A stretch of DNA of 64,000 bases from contig JANORP010000086.1 in assembly GCA_031415375.1 (NCBI GenBank), positions 16,569 through 80,568 of the forward strand, written 5' to 3'. This DNA comes from Bacteroidota bacterium. Lineage in GTDB: Bacteria > Bacteroidota > Bacteroidia > J057 > JADKCL01. Position 1 is the first letter of the stretch, and the number at the start of each line of letters is the position of its first letter. Below the pieces are notes generated by a model that ran no database searches, was not told where the DNA came from, and saw only the letters and a program-made list of their open reading frames with translations. The position numbers were made by a program, and so were the translations under genes. Shown here piece by piece: positions 9,263 through 18,083 of this stretch.

Positions 9263-9847
9263 TCAATGATGCATCAATTCCCGGCGGATGCGACTCAACG
9301 AGCTATCGGTCACCCCCAAGTAGGACGCGATCTGTTTCAAGGGCACATGCTGAAAAATTTCAGGATGGTGTTGCAGCAAGGAGGCGTATCGTGCCTCTGC
9401 AGTCTCTGTCACCATCGATAGCATGCGTGCCTTGAGCGCAGCGAAGCCCATTACAAGCCGCGAGCGTCCAAACTCTCGAAACTCGGGCAGGGAATGAAAG
9501 AGGTGGTTGAGCTCAGCAAACGTGATGCCGCTCGCCTTGCAAGGTGTGAGGGCTTGGATATTTTCCTGCGAAGGTCTGCGCTGAAAAAAGGAAGAGACCT
9601 CAAACACAACTTGTTGCGGGCGATAGATGGCTGTCGTCACCTCAACCCCCTTGGGCGTCAAGGCATACCCACGCATCCACCCTTGCTCCAAAAAAAGGTA
9701 GCAGTCACTGAGCTGCCCCTCTCGCAGCAGAAACGCCTCCTTCGCAAACTCCATCGGTCGAAATGCAAGCGCGATTTCAGCGGCGACAGGCGCAGTGATC
9801 ATGCCCGAGGCAAGGAGAAATCGGATCAATGGGGTATTTTCTTGCAT
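9263..9847 (-). CDS. Crp/Fnr-family transcriptional regulator
   Basis: cNMP-binding-like core FLLREGQLSDCYLFLEQGWMRGY and C-terminal HTH IASYLGVTDSSLSRIRREL. Start reassigned from the ORF-track 9979 to the ATG at 9847 (MQENTPLIRFLL), which gives a typical ~194-aa length. Confidence 0.8.
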   Translation of the reverse strand: MQENTPLIRFLLASGMITAPVAAEIALAFRPMEFAKEAFLLREGQLSDCYLFLEQGWMRGYALTPKGVEVTTAIYRPQQVVFEVSSFFQRRPSQENIQALTPCKASGITFAELNHLFHSLPEFREFGRSRLVMGFAALKARMLSMVTETAEARYASLLQHHPEIFQHVPLKQIASYLGVTDSSLSRIRRELMHH

Positions 9848-10500
9848 TTTATGTCTCGGGGGAACATGAACTCCGACGACTTTCAAATAAAGGAAGTTCT
9901 TTTGAATTTGAGTGAGGGGTGTGCAAAGCATTTCATATAGGCTGGGTCGATGCCCTGCAAATGACTGATCGCAGCACAAACGTCAATTTCCGAACAGTCA
10001 CGAAAGCCATTTTCTGAATTGCATGCCCAAAAAGTGAATTTTGGCCACCAAACCAACTGGTGGATATCTCTGTAGATAGCACATCCTGCAATTGCAAACC
10101 ACCCACAAAAAAACCAGAATGGGTAGTCCAATGTTGACAACCAAGTTCCCAGCAAGCCAAAAGGCTTAATTATTGCCCAATTTACTAACAGTCATCCACA
10201 TTGACCACACATTGTACTAAAACGTATAGAGGAAAGAAGTTATCCACTTATCCACGGGCATAAGTAGATTCCACCAAATGGCCTCAGAGCCTAATTTCAT
10301 GGCCTGATTCGGTGTTGGGATCATGGAAGGGCGACCAAGCAACGATTGCGGGGTCACATTTCCATTCTGAACAATTACCGCCGCGATCTTACATTGTCCA
10401 CAAAACATTGATTTTTGAGCAACCGAAGGGATTTTATGCGCGTAAACCGCCTCAGGTACCTCGGTAATTTGTTAAATTCTCATCAACGAAAACATCTCGT

Positions 10501-12492
10501 ATGAAAAGCACGAAGCGTCTGATTTCCGCACCAGTTCTATTGATTTTGCTGGTTTTGCTGGGCTCCAATGCCTGGGCACAGCAAGTCAATGACCTCCTAT
10601 TGCTGCAATCACTCGAAAACCCGCTCGAAGGCACCATGGTCGATGTGCAAGCGAGCATTCACGATGGCTGGAGGGAAAAAGGCGTCCTTAAAATCAGGAA
10701 GCAACAAGATGGAGACGCCCCAGGCTCATTCCGCTCGCTCTATGAATTTGACAAAGCCGGCAACCTGCTCCGCAAGGAAACTGGTGCCAAGACCCAAAGC
10801 ATCGCCTATGATGCCGATGGCCACTTGCGCAAAGTGAGCAACTTTGAAAACAACAAGCTCGCCAGCGCACAATACTTCTATTATGACCGCAAGGGCCTCC
10901 TCAAGAAGTCGGTGCTCAAGTTTGAGACCGATGCCAACGAGATCGAAGGTACCTACGATGTCCAAAATCGCCTCATCCGTGTGCGTCAGTATGCCAAAGG
11001 TATCGCCACAAAAACCATCAACATCCAATACACCTACAATGAAGTCGGCGAATTGGTTGCAATGTCTGCACCTGGCCTAAATGCGACCTACCTCTACTCC
11101 AATGGGAAACTGAACGAGCTGAAGGAAGAAAAAGTGGGTATGAGCACCCAAACCAATTTCATCTGGAAAGGCAGTGTGCTTCAGGAATGGAAAAAATATG
11201 AGGAAAAAGACGGTGACCTCATCCTCGCAGAGACCTTTGCCGTGGACTACAACGCCGCTGGCCTTCCAGCCCGCAACACTGTCAAAGGCCGTGGGCCCAA
11301 CGTGAAGCCTGTCGTGACCAATGTTTTTTATGATGGATTTGAAGCTGGCTCGATGGCGATGCGTGGCGATGACTGGGACGGCGGCGGCTACGGCTACGGC
11401 ACCCCTGTGGTGATCACCTGGTCCAATCCAGAAAGTGATACCCGCGTCACCGACAGCATGTATTCCCTCAAGTTGCAACTCAAGCCTGGCGTAGGCCAAG
11501 AGATGCCTGAGATCAAAACGATGACGCTGCGCCTCAATCACCAGCTCACCAACAAGGAGATCGGCAATGTCGTGCTGCGCAAAAAAGGCAATACCAACGA
11601 GTATTACATTGAGGAGCAACTGCCCTTGATGGAAGGCAGCAATACCATCTTCCTCGACGTGGAGACCCAACTGGGCCACTTTACTTCAGGTGAGCGCTAC
11701 ATCACCTACAAAAACCCCAACCGTGAGATCACCGTCAAAAACCTGCATGTATTGGCCATCGGCATCGATGACTATGTCGATGACAACCTTGACATGACCA
11801 GCGCCAACAAAGATGTTCAGTCGATCGTGAGCTCGCTGGAAGGCCAAAAAGGCCGCGTCTTTGGCGAGGTCAGAACCAAGACACTGAGCAACAGCGACGC
11901 CACCAAAGCCAATATCGAAGACGCCATCCGTCAGATCAAAGGCAAGGCTGCCAAAGACGACCTCGTGCTCATCTACTTTGCTGGCCATGGTGCTGAAAGC
12001 AATGGCAACTTCTACTTGAAGCCCAACGATGTGAAGGCCGATCCAGCTGAGATGGAAGCCTCAAGTGTTGACAACCGTTGGATTCTTGAGGAGATCAGCC
12101 GCTACAGCGCGCCGACCCTCTACTTCCTCGACGCCAGCTACCCCACCAAGGGCGATGCAGCAGCCACCTCGATTGGCAACGCCAACATGGATGCTGTCAC
12201 CACCGACTTTGGCAAGGTCATCGACAGCGACGACGACATCAGGATCTTCGTGAGCAGCACGAGTTCCAAGCAAAAAAGCAACCTCGGTGGCGCCGACAAA
12301 GGCAGTGTCTTTACCAGTGCGATGCTTGAGGGCCTCGACGGCAAAGCCGACAAAAACGCCAATGGTTTGGTGACCGTCGAAGAACTCGGCGACTATGTTT
12401 CTGACCGTGTGCTCGGCCAGACCAACTGGAAACAAAAGCCAATGGTCGTGAAGCGTGGCATCGGCATGGTGCCACTGTCCAAAGTAAAATGA
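10501..12492 (+). CDS. secreted YD/RHS-like-repeat protein with C-terminal caspase-fold (C14) domain lacking the catalytic Cys
   Basis: Signal peptide. Repeats of the YD type (YDADGHLRKV, YYDRKGLLKK, YTYNEVGELV). Caspase-like block HVLAIGIDDY...LVLIYFAGHGAE...TLYFLDASYP, where the usual D-x-C is D-A-S (Ser codon 12136-12138). Confidence 0.75.
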   Translation: MKSTKRLISAPVLLILLVLLGSNAWAQQVNDLLLLQSLENPLEGTMVDVQASIHDGWREKGVLKIRKQQDGDAPGSFRSLYEFDKAGNLLRKETGAKTQSIAYDADGHLRKVSNFENNKLASAQYFYYDRKGLLKKSVLKFETDANEIEGTYDVQNRLIRVRQYAKGIATKTINIQYTYNEVGELVAMSAPGLNATYLYSNGKLNELKEEKVGMSTQTNFIWKGSVLQEWKKYEEKDGDLILAETFAVDYNAAGLPARNTVKGRGPNVKPVVTNVFYDGFEAGSMAMRGDDWDGGGYGYGTPVVITWSNPESDTRVTDSMYSLKLQLKPGVGQEMPEIKTMTLRLNHQLTNKEIGNVVLRKKGNTNEYYIEEQLPLMEGSNTIFLDVETQLGHFTSGERYITYKNPNREITVKNLHVLAIGIDDYVDDNLDMTSANKDVQSIVSSLEGQKGRVFGEVRTKTLSNSDATKANIEDAIRQIKGKAAKDDLVLIYFAGHGAESNGNFYLKPNDVKADPAEMEASSVDNRWILEEISRYSAPTLYFLDASYPTKGDAAATSIGNANMDAVTTDFGKVIDSDDDIRIFVSSTSSKQKSNLGGADKGSVFTSAMLEGLDGKADKNANGLVTVEELGDYVSDRVLGQTNWKQKPMVVKRGIGMVPLSKVK

Positions 12493-12632
12493 CAATGCGC
12501 ACGCCTAGCGTGCACTTGTAACATCGGCAGAGGGAGTGTGGGTTGTGAGAAAATGCTCGCACTCAGACTCCCTCTCCCATTTCAGCGGAGCGTGATTGCC
12601 CCGTAGATTGTGTGGAATTCGTTTTCCTGAAT

Positions 12633-12640
12633 TATATTTG
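12633..12640 (+). promoter_or_regulatory. candidate Bacteroidota -7 promoter box (TAnnTTTG)
   Basis: TATATTTG lies 39 nt upstream of the ATG at 12679, which begins the signal peptide MMQKTALICLL. This position argues against the ORF-track start at 12655. Confidence 0.35.
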
Positions 12641-12678
12641 TTAATGTCCTCGGTATGGACTTGAAATCTGAAAAGGCT

Positions 12679-14913
12679 ATGATGCAAAAAACTGCCCTGA
12701 TCTGCTTGCTGACCTGCCTCTGTGGGCTAGGGCTGCTGCGTGCGCAAGAAAGGGTCATTTTCAAAGACGATTTCAAAGACAACCATCACGCCTGGACCAT
12801 GCAAGACGATGAAAAGGCGCATAGCGAGGTCGTCAATGGGCATTATCAGCTAGAGGGCAGGCAGCCCGATGCCGTGTCGATCTTCTTGCTCGATGAGTTG
12901 CCACTCAATGCCAGTCAGGATTTCACGATCCAAACCAAACTGATCCAGAAGTTTGGAGCCAAGGAAAATGGCTTTGGTTTTGTCTGGGGCGCTGCCGATG
13001 AAAGCAACTACTACGCATTCAACATCAATGCAGCTGGCCAATACCGCGTCGTGCGCTGCAGTCAAAGCAATGTCGAGGAACTCAAACCCTTCACGCAGAC
13101 CACAGGACTCGTGAAAACCGAGGGAGCAAACAAGTTGAGCCTGCGCACCGTGAGCGGCATGATGTCCTTTTACATCAACGATCAATTTATCTGGAGCCTC
13201 CCCAACCGCACTTTTCTCGGCAATCGTGCAGGCTATGTGCTCTATGGCAAAATGGAGGTAGAAGTCAATAGCCTCGAAGTGCTAGAGCTACAAGCCATGC
13301 CAGAAATCTTTGCCGAGCAATTTGACGACAACAGCCGTGGATGGGTCGTGACCGCTGCCGACAGCGCCTACATGATGATGGGCAAAGGACGCGTGCGCAT
13401 GAAAAATCAAAAAGGAGCTGCCCAGACCTATAAGCTCCGCGAAGTCCTCATCAACCCTGAGCGCGACTTTGAGATCGAAGCCCACATGAAACAAGTCACG
13501 GGCTCCCAAGAATTTGGATATGGCATCGGCTGGTCCATGAAAGACGATAAGAATGGCTATGCCTTCTTGATCCGTAGCCTGGGTTCATTCTCTGTGCGTC
13601 AGATCACCAATGGGCAGGTGAAAACCCTGGTCGATTGGACGCCAAGCAACCAGATGCTGCACCTCCGCGGCACCCCCAACAAGTTGGTGATCCGCAAGAC
13701 TGGCTTGCGCTACAACTTCTACCTCAACGATATTTGGATGGCCGAAGTGCCATTTACCAATATGACCGGGCAACAGCTGGGATTTGCCCTCGATGGTGAA
13801 AACCTTGTAGAGATGGACTATCTCGCCGTGCGCGAAGGTCAGAAAAGTTATGTTCCGCAGCCACCTGTCGTGACCCTGATCACACCGCAAGGCGACGACA
13901 TCACGGTCGATGCCAAAAGCATACAGTTCAAAGCTGGCATCAAGAGCGACTCCAAGCTCAACGGCGTGAAACTCATGGTGAATGACGAGCAGGTGCAAAT
14001 CCAGGCCAAGCGCGACCCCGAAGGCAAATTTGATCTCATGATCGACCAAGAGCTCGCCCTCAAACCCGGCTTCAACGACATTCGCCTCATGGCCAAAAAC
14101 GACGATGGCCTCATCCAGCGTTTTGGACTTCGCATCGCCGTCAAGACACCCGACCAACCCGTGAAGCGATCTGGCAACGACTATGCCCTCTTCATCGCCA
14201 CCGACAACTATGGTCAGTGGAGCCACCTCGTGAACCCTGTCAATGATTGCCGCACGATCGCCCAAGAACTGGAGACCAACTATGGCTTCAACACCGAGCT
14301 CATGATCGACGGCACCCGCAACGACATCCTCAAGAAACTGAAGGAATACGCCCGCAAGATATATGCAGACGGTGATCAGTTGATGATCTTCATCGCTGGG
14401 CATGGCAAGTTTGATGAGCTGTTTGGCGAGGGATATGTCGTCTGTACCGACTCCGAAAAGGACGATGAAGGCAACAACACCTACATCCCGCACTCCAACC
14501 TGCGCACGATCGTGAACGCCATTCCCTGCAAGCATACCTTTTTGATGATGGATGTATGCTTTGGCGGTACCATCGACCCCTTTATTGCCTCTGGTGGCGG
14601 CCACCGTGGCGAAGGCGATCCTGGTGGCGGCAAAGAACTCACCCAAAGCGACTTCATCGCCCGCAAATTGGCGTTCAAGACCCGTCGCTACCTCACCTCG
14701 GGCGGCAAAGAGTACGTTCCCGATGGCGTGCCTGGCAATCACTCCCCCTACGCCCGCAAATTTCTCGACGCCCTGCGCAACTATGGAGGCCACGACCGCA
14801 TCATGACCCTGGCCGAGCTTGTACTCTATTTCGAACGCCTCATTCCAGAGCCACGTTTTGGTGAGTTTGGGGCCAATGAACCAGGGAGCGACTTCTTGTT
14901 TATTGCGCGCTAA
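12679..14913 (+). CDS. secreted multi-domain protein with C-terminal caspase-fold (C14) peptidase domain (His/Cys dyad intact)
   Basis: Signal peptide MMQKTALICLLTCLCGLGLLRAQ. Two related beta-sandwich-like N-terminal repeats (FKDDFKDNHHAW..., FAEQFDDNSRGW...). Caspase block YALFIATDNY...LMIFIAGHGKF...HTFLMMDVCFGGT (Cys codon 14557-14559). Confidence 0.8.
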   Translation: MMQKTALICLLTCLCGLGLLRAQERVIFKDDFKDNHHAWTMQDDEKAHSEVVNGHYQLEGRQPDAVSIFLLDELPLNASQDFTIQTKLIQKFGAKENGFGFVWGAADESNYYAFNINAAGQYRVVRCSQSNVEELKPFTQTTGLVKTEGANKLSLRTVSGMMSFYINDQFIWSLPNRTFLGNRAGYVLYGKMEVEVNSLEVLELQAMPEIFAEQFDDNSRGWVVTAADSAYMMMGKGRVRMKNQKGAAQTYKLREVLINPERDFEIEAHMKQVTGSQEFGYGIGWSMKDDKNGYAFLIRSLGSFSVRQITNGQVKTLVDWTPSNQMLHLRGTPNKLVIRKTGLRYNFYLNDIWMAEVPFTNMTGQQLGFALDGENLVEMDYLAVREGQKSYVPQPPVVTLITPQGDDITVDAKSIQFKAGIKSDSKLNGVKLMVNDEQVQIQAKRDPEGKFDLMIDQELALKPGFNDIRLMAKNDDGLIQRFGLRIAVKTPDQPVKRSGNDYALFIATDNYGQWSHLVNPVNDCRTIAQELETNYGFNTELMIDGTRNDILKKLKEYARKIYADGDQLMIFIAGHGKFDELFGEGYVVCTDSEKDDEGNNTYIPHSNLRTIVNAIPCKHTFLMMDVCFGGTIDPFIASGGGHRGEGDPGGGKELTQSDFIARKLAFKTRRYLTSGGKEYVPDGVPGNHSPYARKFLDALRNYGGHDRIMTLAELVLYFERLIPEPRFGEFGANEPGSDFLFIAR

Positions 14914-14932
14914 GAACAAAACCTTTTCGACC

Positions 14933-15973
14933 GTGACAACCTCCCTCCTTCGCTGCCCCTACTGCCTGCAAGGCGTGCAGAGCTTCCTACGCGATGCCAA
15001 GACGAATGTACCGCATTGCCCCAATTGCCGCACCGACATCCCCAAAACCTTTTTGGACAGCGCACTTATGCTGCGCACGATGGTCGGCGTCGTCGGCTTC
15101 TCTGGGCATGGCAAGACCGTCTATCTCACATCGCTCTTCTCGACCCTCAAGCGCTTTTCCAACTATTGGAACGGCTACTATTTCAGGAGCCTCGACGACT
15201 TCACCCATCGTGTGATCTATGAGCAAGTCCCCCTTTTTGAAAAGGGCGACCTGCCAGAATCCACCCCCGCCAACTTCCCCAATCCAGCCTTGGTGCATTA
15301 CCATCAGCTGCCCGTGTTTCAAGATGCTTTCGTAGGCTACTACGACACGGCGGGCGAGGTTTTCAATGATGCTACGCAGATCGCAAGGGCTGGCTTTTTT
15401 GTCGCCCACTCAGACACCGTGCTCTTCATCGTGAGCATTCCCGACTGCGACTCTGGTGAACTTGATGATCACATGAGTCGCCTCCTTGATACTTATATCA
15501 GGGCTGCCGACGACAAACTCAACACCAACATTCGCAATACCCAGCGCTTGGTGGTGATTTTTACAAAATCCGACCTCCCGACGAGCCGGCTCAACGATGA
15601 ATTGAAAGACTGGCTCTCAAAAGGTGTGGCCGACTACTACGCCATGAACCTGAGCGACAAATTGCTCGATCTAGGCATGTTTTCGATCCGCATCGAAGAT
15701 TGGTTGCGCGAGGACCTCGGCTGCACCCGCTTTGCCAACATGGCCCGCGACCACTTCATCGAAGTGCGTTATACCATCGTGAGCGCCATGGGCATCACCG
15801 ACGACGATGATGAAAAACTCAGCCCCCTGCGTGTACTCGACCCCTTCCTCTGGGTCCTTGATTTTGCACGACGCGACAAGAAGATCATCGTCAAACAAAA
15901 CCTTTTCGAGCGCTTTATGGCATGGGTGAGAACCCGTAAAACTACCAAAATGCTCCCCGTGGGGACGAGATAA
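14933..15973 (+). CDS. zinc-ribbon-fused P-loop small GTPase
   Basis: Start moved to GTG 14933, 19 nt after the upstream stop (the ORF-track start 14819 overlaps the caspase gene). CPYC...CPNC ribbon. G1 GFSGHGKT (15095-15118), G3 DTAGE (15344-15358), G4 TKSD (15563-15574). Confidence 0.7.
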   Translation: MTTSLLRCPYCLQGVQSFLRDAKTNVPHCPNCRTDIPKTFLDSALMLRTMVGVVGFSGHGKTVYLTSLFSTLKRFSNYWNGYYFRSLDDFTHRVIYEQVPLFEKGDLPESTPANFPNPALVHYHQLPVFQDAFVGYYDTAGEVFNDATQIARAGFFVAHSDTVLFIVSIPDCDSGELDDHMSRLLDTYIRAADDKLNTNIRNTQRLVVIFTKSDLPTSRLNDELKDWLSKGVADYYAMNLSDKLLDLGMFSIRIEDWLREDLGCTRFANMARDHFIEVRYTIVSAMGITDDDDEKLSPLRVLDPFLWVLDFARRDKKIIVKQNLFERFMAWVRTRKTTKMLPVGTR

Positions 15974-15991
15974 GTCGCAAAAACAAAGCCC

Positions 15992-17815
15992 ATGAAAGTC
16001 CATCGCTACATCTACACACGGCTCACCAAGGACCTCTCCCCCACAGGTAAAAATGGTTTCCAATCCGCATTTGTGCCCGGCGACCTCATCGCACGCAAAG
16101 ATGTCTTGGAAATCGAGTCCCATATCCACTTTCCTGAAGGGTTGCAGATCGAAGGACAGTCAGTCGTGTTCTACAAGCAGGTCAAGACCGAGTTGTACAT
16201 GATTTTGCTCCTTCTACGGCCACTGCCCGATGTCAAGGATGACTTTGGGCGCAGTGGCGCTTTCTTGTGCGAAGGTTTTATTTTGGCAGAAAAGGATTGG
16301 CGACCCATCTGGCGAATCTCGGACTTGATCGAACTGGTCACGCCCTATCGTTTTGCATCGCTCGGGCAGCTACTTGCATCAACCGACGTCGATCGCACGA
16401 CGGGCTTCATTAGCGATCTCACGGTCACAGTTCCGCCAGGATATTGGACCGATGCACTGACATCGTCAGATGACGAGCCCCAAGAAGAATTGCTATTGGC
16501 GATGTACCACGTCGCCAAACTGCAAGACAAAGACTTGGCGATCGTCGTCGAAGGACTGCCAGCAGCCGTGACCCATAGGTTAGAAACCTGCGCCATGTTC
16601 ATGCCCGAGGCCCTGCGTGCACACACTGGATGGGACGATGCATTTGATGGCGGCAAGATTTTCTTTTCCCCACTCCGCATCTTCGGTTATAGCGAGCTAT
16701 TGCCCACCACCGGGAGACCCGTGGTGTTTCCCGCAGACGGGAGCGCACCCAAATGGCTAGAGGACGGTATGCAGCGTTTTGGAAAACCAAGCGATCCCTT
16801 CTCCAACTGGCTATTGGAAGTCTGCGTAAATACTGTACCCCGTGCACGGCTAGATGCAATGTATGCTTTGTCTCAAGCCATGATTTCTGGCAGACCTACC
16901 GCCATCGATATGGAAAGTGAGTCCATCTTCGAAATCGTCAACAAAGACGCGATTCGCAAGCTATTCATCCAAGGATTGCTGGTACACATGGAGCTGCCTT
17001 GGGCCGAGAAACTTGCTGACCTCACCATGGCCAACCATCAGCTCACCACATGGATGCAGGGATACCTCATCGCTGACCTCACCCATCTACTGGAAGTGAG
17101 CATCGTCTCTCAAAATCTGAGACCCGAGGGCATGAAAGACGCCCCTCCAACCAACCTTGTGCGCCAAGGCAGTGCAGCATTGCAGACGCTTGCAACGATG
17201 TGGACGCTTGAAATCATCACCCCAGAAATCTTGGATGACATCCCCGAGGATCAAATACCCGAGGTGCTCACCTTGATGCTCGGTAGAGGTTCCCATCAAG
17301 ACACCCCATTCGCGACAATCGTAAATCATTTTAGGGACTACTTGCACAAGCTTGCCAGAGATCCCAAAATCGCCGAGAACCTGCGTTGCTATGTCGCTGC
17401 AAAAGTCCCCGAGGAATATGTAGATTTCAAAGAAGGTATGGCAGCTGTAGCAGTACAATTGGGTGATTATGCCAGTCTGCGCGGCGAACCCACAGATTGG
17501 TTGCGCCTGCTAGACCGATGGCTCATTTCTACGGGAGGCAATTCCGAAGTCTGGAAAGCAGCAAAAACACTCGCTAAGACGACCGATCTAGGACGCTACG
17601 TCAATCTCAAAGCATTCGCCCTAGGTGAAGCTGCAATTCCTCATGAATTGGAGGGGAATGGCGATGGACGCAAAGGATTCCTAAGATGTCTCATAGAAGT
17701 CCATGGGTTCAATGAGCAAAAATTAATCGATATGGATTTTTTTTCAACAGAAGTCAGAGATTCCGGAAGCTCCACGGGCTTCATTGGCAAACTCAAGCGG
17801 CTCTTTGGACGGTGA
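15992..17815 (+). CDS. 607-aa GTPase-partner protein (GAP1-like N-terminus suspected) with MinD-like C-terminal amphipathic tail
   Basis: Lies 18 nt downstream of the GTPase gene. N-terminus IYTRLTKDLSPTGKNGFQSAFVPG resembles the YTS...G..GFQ..A.S.G signature of GTPase-associated protein N-domains (from memory, unverified). The remainder is mostly helical. C-terminus is GFIGKLKRLFGR. Confidence 0.6.
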   Translation: MKVHRYIYTRLTKDLSPTGKNGFQSAFVPGDLIARKDVLEIESHIHFPEGLQIEGQSVVFYKQVKTELYMILLLLRPLPDVKDDFGRSGAFLCEGFILAEKDWRPIWRISDLIELVTPYRFASLGQLLASTDVDRTTGFISDLTVTVPPGYWTDALTSSDDEPQEELLLAMYHVAKLQDKDLAIVVEGLPAAVTHRLETCAMFMPEALRAHTGWDDAFDGGKIFFSPLRIFGYSELLPTTGRPVVFPADGSAPKWLEDGMQRFGKPSDPFSNWLLEVCVNTVPRARLDAMYALSQAMISGRPTAIDMESESIFEIVNKDAIRKLFIQGLLVHMELPWAEKLADLTMANHQLTTWMQGYLIADLTHLLEVSIVSQNLRPEGMKDAPPTNLVRQGSAALQTLATMWTLEIITPEILDDIPEDQIPEVLTLMLGRGSHQDTPFATIVNHFRDYLHKLARDPKIAENLRCYVAAKVPEEYVDFKEGMAAVAVQLGDYASLRGEPTDWLRLLDRWLISTGGNSEVWKAAKTLAKTTDLGRYVNLKAFALGEAAIPHELEGNGDGRKGFLRCLIEVHGFNEQKLIDMDFFSTEVRDSGSSTGFIGKLKRLFGR

Positions 17816-18083
17816 TCGAAATCCGAACTCCAACATGGCAATGCCTCTCATTTTTCCGTGCTACTTGTTTGTAGGAAAATCGTCTCGGTTTTAGCCCATT
17901 TTCAAAGTGTACCCACTGATGCTCACGCATTGAGCAGCCCTAAACTCTTATCCACAAACCACTAAAATCTCCGATCTATTTCAGTGGCTCTAGAATTTGT
18001 AATTCCAAAATCTACTCGCTATTTTTCCGATGTATTGGTCCATCTGGGGCCCTATGTCATCGACCTAAAGCCACCTTATTCTC

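Noticed and set aside
9883-10155. 90-aa minus-strand Trp/Phe-rich ORF upstream of the Crp/Fnr gene
   Set aside because: It has one plausible TM segment (YPFWFFCGWFAIAGCAIY) but no recognisable family, no clear start context, and atypical composition. I left it uncalled, though a small membrane protein cannot be excluded.
13585-14919. 444-aa minus-strand ORF
   Set aside because: It is entirely antisense to the well-supported caspase-domain gene 12679..14913. It has Val/Gly/Ala/His-rich shadow-frame composition, no recognisable motifs and no independent start context.
14819-14932. ORF-track start of the GTPase gene overlapping the caspase gene by 95 nt
   Set aside because: The extension has no conserved features. 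GTG 14933 lies 19 nt after the upstream stop and immediately precedes the zinc ribbon.
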